Origin: Candidatus Heimdallarchaeota archaeon
GTDB lineage: Archaea > Asgardarchaeota > Heimdallarchaeia > Heimdallarchaeales > Heimdallarchaeaceae
Direction: 5' to 3'
DNA length: 19,180 nt
NCBI GenBank assembly: GCA_021399395.1
Contig: JAAFKJ010000059.1
Coordinates: forward strand, 1 to 19,180
Below are positions 15,974 to 19,180 of this stretch, piece after piece; within the stretch, counting starts at the first letter, position 1; every line of letters begins with the position of its first letter. The notes beneath the pieces are model-generated. The model made no database searches, was not told the DNA's origin, and saw only the letters and a list, made by a program, of their open reading frames with translations. The position numbers were made by a program, and so were the translations under genes.

Positions 15974-17620
15974 ATGGCTATACCAGATAAAGATAAACAG
16001 AAGTCAGAACTTGAAAAGACAATGCAGAAATTTTCAGATTTACTGCCTTCTGTTAAACCAGAAGTTGATCCTGCTGAAAAAGCGCTAGTAGTAATAGATG
16101 GAACAGCTAAGTCTAAAGCAGCGGTTCTAGTTGCAGGAGAGCTAAATAGACATTTTGGTACAAAAATAGATGTAATTTGTTTCTATACTGAACAACCACC
16201 CGCCAAAACAGAAGCATCCAAAGAGAGTTATGAGAGTTCATTGTCCTTTGCATATGAACATCTTAAAAGTAAGGATTTTGAGATTAAGGGTGAGGTTGTT
16301 GAAAATATAGATAATCTGAAATCTATTCTAGATAATGTAATTCAAAGTGTAGAATATGATATAATTTTGGTACCATCTTCATTTATAGGATTGAAAGAAA
16401 CTAAAATCCAAAAAGATGATGAGGAAGATGAAGAAGCAAGCATAACAGTATTAGGAGATGTATTCGAATACTTGCTTGAAGAAATCAAAAATATTCCAGT
16501 TCTACTAATAGAAAGTGAGAAAATCAATTTAGAGCTTCTTTGGAAGAACATTCCAATTGTTTTCAGCAATACAAACCAACTCAGCTATTTGTTTGAGAAA
16601 GCAATGAAATATAGTCTAAAGAAATCTGAAATTCATCTTCTAATAAATATCAATCCAATCTTCCATGAGGACAAAAATCAAGAAGAATTGGATGCACTAA
16701 TAAATAGAAGTATTGAAGATTTGGAGATATTTGAAAAAGCCAATTCACAGGTATTTAAAGAATCTTCCAGATATGTTGATACACACCTTCTATCTACAGA
16801 TAATTTTGAAAATTTCAAGAAAGAATTATATACTTTTGGAAAAGATGTTGGAATTCTAATTGTTTACATGACTTCAAAACATTCCAGTCTTTATGGATTC
16901 TTTACTGAACTTCTTGAAGATAGTGAAATCACTTTTCCGATCCTCATAGCTAAAAGAAAAATTGAGACTAAGAAAGAGGAAGTTGAACAACCAGAGGAAG
17001 AGGGAGCAGAAGATGAACCTTCTAAGGATGAAGTGGAAGAAGAAGTAGAAGTCAAAGAAGAAGAAAAGGAAGAAGAAAAAATAGTGATAGATGAATCCTT
17101 AAAAGAAGAAATAAAAGAAGAAGTCAAGAAAGATATTCTAGGAATTACTGAACCTTCTGAAGAAGTGGAAGAGGAAACTGTGGAAGAAGAAACTGTGATA
17201 GAAAAAGCTATAAAAACTAAAATAGAAGAAATTAGTAAAGAGGAGGAAGAGGAAATGTCAGAGATTGATGAAATAAAAGAAGAAGTCATAGAAGAGGTTA
17301 TTGAAGAGATCAAAAAAGAAGTCATTGAAGAAGTCAAAGATGAACCTAAGAAAGAGATCAAAAAAGAGGTCACAAAAGAGCTCAACAAAGAAGAAAGTAT
17401 TGAGGAATTAAAAGAATCTATTCTTGAAGAAATCAAGGAAGAAATCATAGAGGAAATCAAATACGAACTCAAGAAAGACCTCAAAGAACCCAAGAAAGAA
17501 CTCAAAGAAAAAGTCATTGAGGAAATGAAAGAAGAAGCTGAGGAAGCTGAAGAAAAGCCCTCTGATGAAGAAGAAGAAGAAGAGGAAGAAGAAGTTACAT
17601 CAAGAATGGACTTCGAATAA
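15974..17620 (+). CDS. Protein with two divergent universal-stress-protein (USP)-like domains and a ~220-aa Glu/Lys-rich tail
   Basis: ALVVIDGTAKSKAAV...G..IDVI, YDIILVPS and LGDVFEYLL...IPVLLI match the USP pattern. A second, weaker repeat runs from WKNIPIV to FPILIAK, followed by a low-complexity acidic C-terminus. Confidence 0.7.
   Translation: MAIPDKDKQKSELEKTMQKFSDLLPSVKPEVDPAEKALVVIDGTAKSKAAVLVAGELNRHFGTKIDVICFYTEQPPAKTEASKESYESSLSFAYEHLKSKDFEIKGEVVENIDNLKSILDNVIQSVEYDIILVPSSFIGLKETKIQKDDEEDEEASITVLGDVFEYLLEEIKNIPVLLIESEKINLELLWKNIPIVFSNTNQLSYLFEKAMKYSLKKSEIHLLININPIFHEDKNQEELDALINRSIEDLEIFEKANSQVFKESSRYVDTHLLSTDNFENFKKELYTFGKDVGILIVYMTSKHSSLYGFFTELLEDSEITFPILIAKRKIETKKEEVEQPEEEGAEDEPSKDEVEEEVEVKEEEKEEEKIVIDESLKEEIKEEVKKDILGITEPSEEVEEETVEEETVIEKAIKTKIEEISKEEEEEMSEIDEIKEEVIEEVIEEIKKEVIEEVKDEPKKEIKKEVTKELNKEESIEELKESILEEIKEEIIEEIKYELKKDLKEPKKELKEKVIEEMKEEAEEAEEKPSDEEEEEEEEEVTSRMDFE
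16952..17617 (+). repeat. Low-complexity GAA-rich coding repeat (E-[IVL]-[KI]-[EK] tetrads and poly-Glu)
   Basis: For example EIKEEVIEEVIEEIKKEVIEEVKDEPKKEIKKEVTKE and ELKESILEEIKEEIIEEIKYELKKDLKE. Confidence 0.85.
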
Positions 17621-17723
17621 TCAGATAAACATACGGTGATTACCCAATCACAGAAGATATCTGCAAGCCGAGATTTAGCTTGTTTATGTAGATGAATGAT
17701 TATATTTCGAAAATGGTGATGGA

Positions 17724-19180
17724 TTGGTAAGTGTATTAGATAATTATGGTTGGATCGCGACTATTATTATTGTCATAATTGTACTTGCCACAATTCTACT
17801 ACTGATGAAGGAAGGTGTTGATGCAACAAAAATTACTGTAACTGGTGCAGTAGTTGTAGCATTGATTTACATGTTCTTTATGGATTGGAAAGTAGGGTTT
17901 GAGGAAAACCTGAGTTTTGAACATGTACCACATAATTTCTTGGAGGCTTTGTCTCATACAATAAATGTTGAAGCGATACTAATTATTTTCTCCGTCAGCA
18001 TAATTGTTGCTCTAACCAAAGGAGCAGGATTCTTTGATTTTATATCACTATCAATAGTCAAGTTAACAAAAGGAGATCCAAGAAAATTAATGATTGCTTT
18101 AGGAGGGCTAACATTCTTTGTTTCAATGTTTTTTGATAATCTTTCGGCAATAATTTTGCTGGGATCACTTACTGTAGTCATCTGTAGACAGCTGGAATTG
18201 AGATTACAACCATTCATTCTTTTTGTAGGTATTAACACTATCATAGGAGGTCTCCCAACACCAGTTTCATCACTTCCCAACATTATCTTCTTCAACTTAC
18301 TTAAACCAGGAACATTAACTAAAGAGGTTAGTTTTATTTCCTTCATGGGTTATATGCTCCCCATTGCTATATTCTTCTTTGGAATAGCTACAGCATTCTT
18401 TTTCTTCATCTACAGAAAAGATGTTCTTATCGAAGTTTCAGATGAAAAGAAAGAGCAATTGAGCAGAATCAATCCTTGGTCAGGTGTTGAAAACAGAAAA
18501 AATATATGGAAATCACTAATTCTCTTGGGAATTCTCTTTGCAGGTTTCCTCTTAACAAGTATTAAAGTTGATGCAACCCAGATCAGTATTGGGTTAAGAG
18601 ATATCTCCCATCTAAATTTAACAGGCACGATTTTTCCTGAATACCACAGTCATATCGCAACTGTTTTCCAATTTCCTGATGTAGCATTCGTAGCTCTGAT
18701 TGTAGCAGTATTTGGTATTTTTCTCTTCAAAAAAGACTTAAAACATTATCTCGAGGATGGGGTTGAATGGGAAATGATAGTTTTCTTCATAGCCTTGTTT
18801 ATACTCATGGGAGTGTTAACTGCCTCAGGAGCCTTATCTCCACTAACAAAAATTATGGCCAGTTTCCTTCAACCAGATGAATCGGGTGCAATCCCAGTTG
18901 GAGGACAGATACTGGTTGCGTTAATAATCGGAGTTGTAGGGTTACCGATTACGGGATTCTTGAATGGATCATCAGCTGCACTGATATTCTCCTATATCTT
19001 CCAATCTCTTCCCAGAGGCATATTACCTGGATTATGGATAGGGTTTGTTCTAGGAGGTAATATAGGTGGGGCACTATCACCGTTAGGTTCGATTACGATA
19101 TTGATGGCACTTGAGATATTAAGAAGAGAAGGAGATAAGATATCCTTCCTGCAATATATATGGAAGATGCTCCCTCTGAC
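17724..19180 (+). CDS. ArsB/NhaD (IT superfamily, P-protein/OCA2-like) membrane transporter, truncated by the window end
   Basis: Not in the ORF track. Manual translation shows the frame open from 17700 to the window end, with probable TTG start at 17724 after SD GGTGAT. Motifs: GFFDFI...VKLTKGDP, SMFFDNLSA, IGGLPTPVSSLPNII, VEWEMIVFFIALFILMG, GGNIGGALSPLGS and ISFLQYI. Confidence 0.88.
   Translation, partial: MVSVLDNYGWIATIIIVIIVLATILLLMKEGVDATKITVTGAVVVALIYMFFMDWKVGFEENLSFEHVPHNFLEALSHTINVEAILIIFSVSIIVALTKGAGFFDFISLSIVKLTKGDPRKLMIALGGLTFFVSMFFDNLSAIILLGSLTVVICRQLELRLQPFILFVGINTIIGGLPTPVSSLPNIIFFNLLKPGTLTKEVSFISFMGYMLPIAIFFFGIATAFFFFIYRKDVLIEVSDEKKEQLSRINPWSGVENRKNIWKSLILLGILFAGFLLTSIKVDATQISIGLRDISHLNLTGTIFPEYHSHIATVFQFPDVAFVALIVAVFGIFLFKKDLKHYLEDGVEWEMIVFFIALFILMGVLTASGALSPLTKIMASFLQPDESGAIPVGGQILVALIIGVVGLPITGFLNGSSAALIFSYIFQSLPRGILPGLWIGFVLGGNIGGALSPLGSITILMALEILRREGDKISFLQYIWKMLPL

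Noticed and set aside
16342-17517. Ser-rich minus-strand ORFs 16342-16569 and 16891-17517 (208 aa)
   Set aside because: The reverse complement of GAA-rich Glu codons gives stop-free Ser/Phe runs; these are artefacts.
17625-17700. Cloverleaf as a tRNA or fluoride riboswitch
   Set aside because: There is no TTCRA T-loop, no GG D-loop and no 7-nt anticodon loop, and the fluoride riboswitch consensus is not matched. Kept only as an unassigned structure.
17954-18628. Minus-strand ORFs 17954-18346 and 18410-18628
   Set aside because: They are antisense to the long plus-strand transporter frame, which carries the family motifs.

Overview
AT-rich archaeal genomic window, most likely an Asgard archaeon (Heimdallarchaeia-like). 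This is inferred from a eukaryote-type actin homologue, TATA-like boxes about 25-30 nt before start codons, GGTG(A) Shine-Dalgarno motifs and oligo-T terminators. Gene order: probable 3' end of an IS200/IS605 tnpB element; membrane-anchored S8 protease; larE-larC-larB (nickel-pincer cofactor synthesis, no larA in the window) followed by a NOL/NYC1-like SDR; GT-C type glycosyltransferase; DUF1684; PAS protein with an unassigned output domain; LLM oxidoreductase followed by an acyl-carrier-protein-like gene lacking the phosphopantetheine serine; DUF1015; divergent actin with an N-terminal zinc-ribbon-like domain; panE; serA; class V aminotransferase; tandem USP-like protein with a long acidic tail; and a truncated ArsB/NhaD-family transporter missing from the ORF track. 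The strongest candidate for something undescribed is the zinc-ribbon-actin fusion. It has a rewired nucleotide site, no D-loop, a 41-aa insertion and three direct repeats in its promoter. The serine-less pseudo-ACP is the second candidate. All family calls come from motif recognition by eye; no database search was run.
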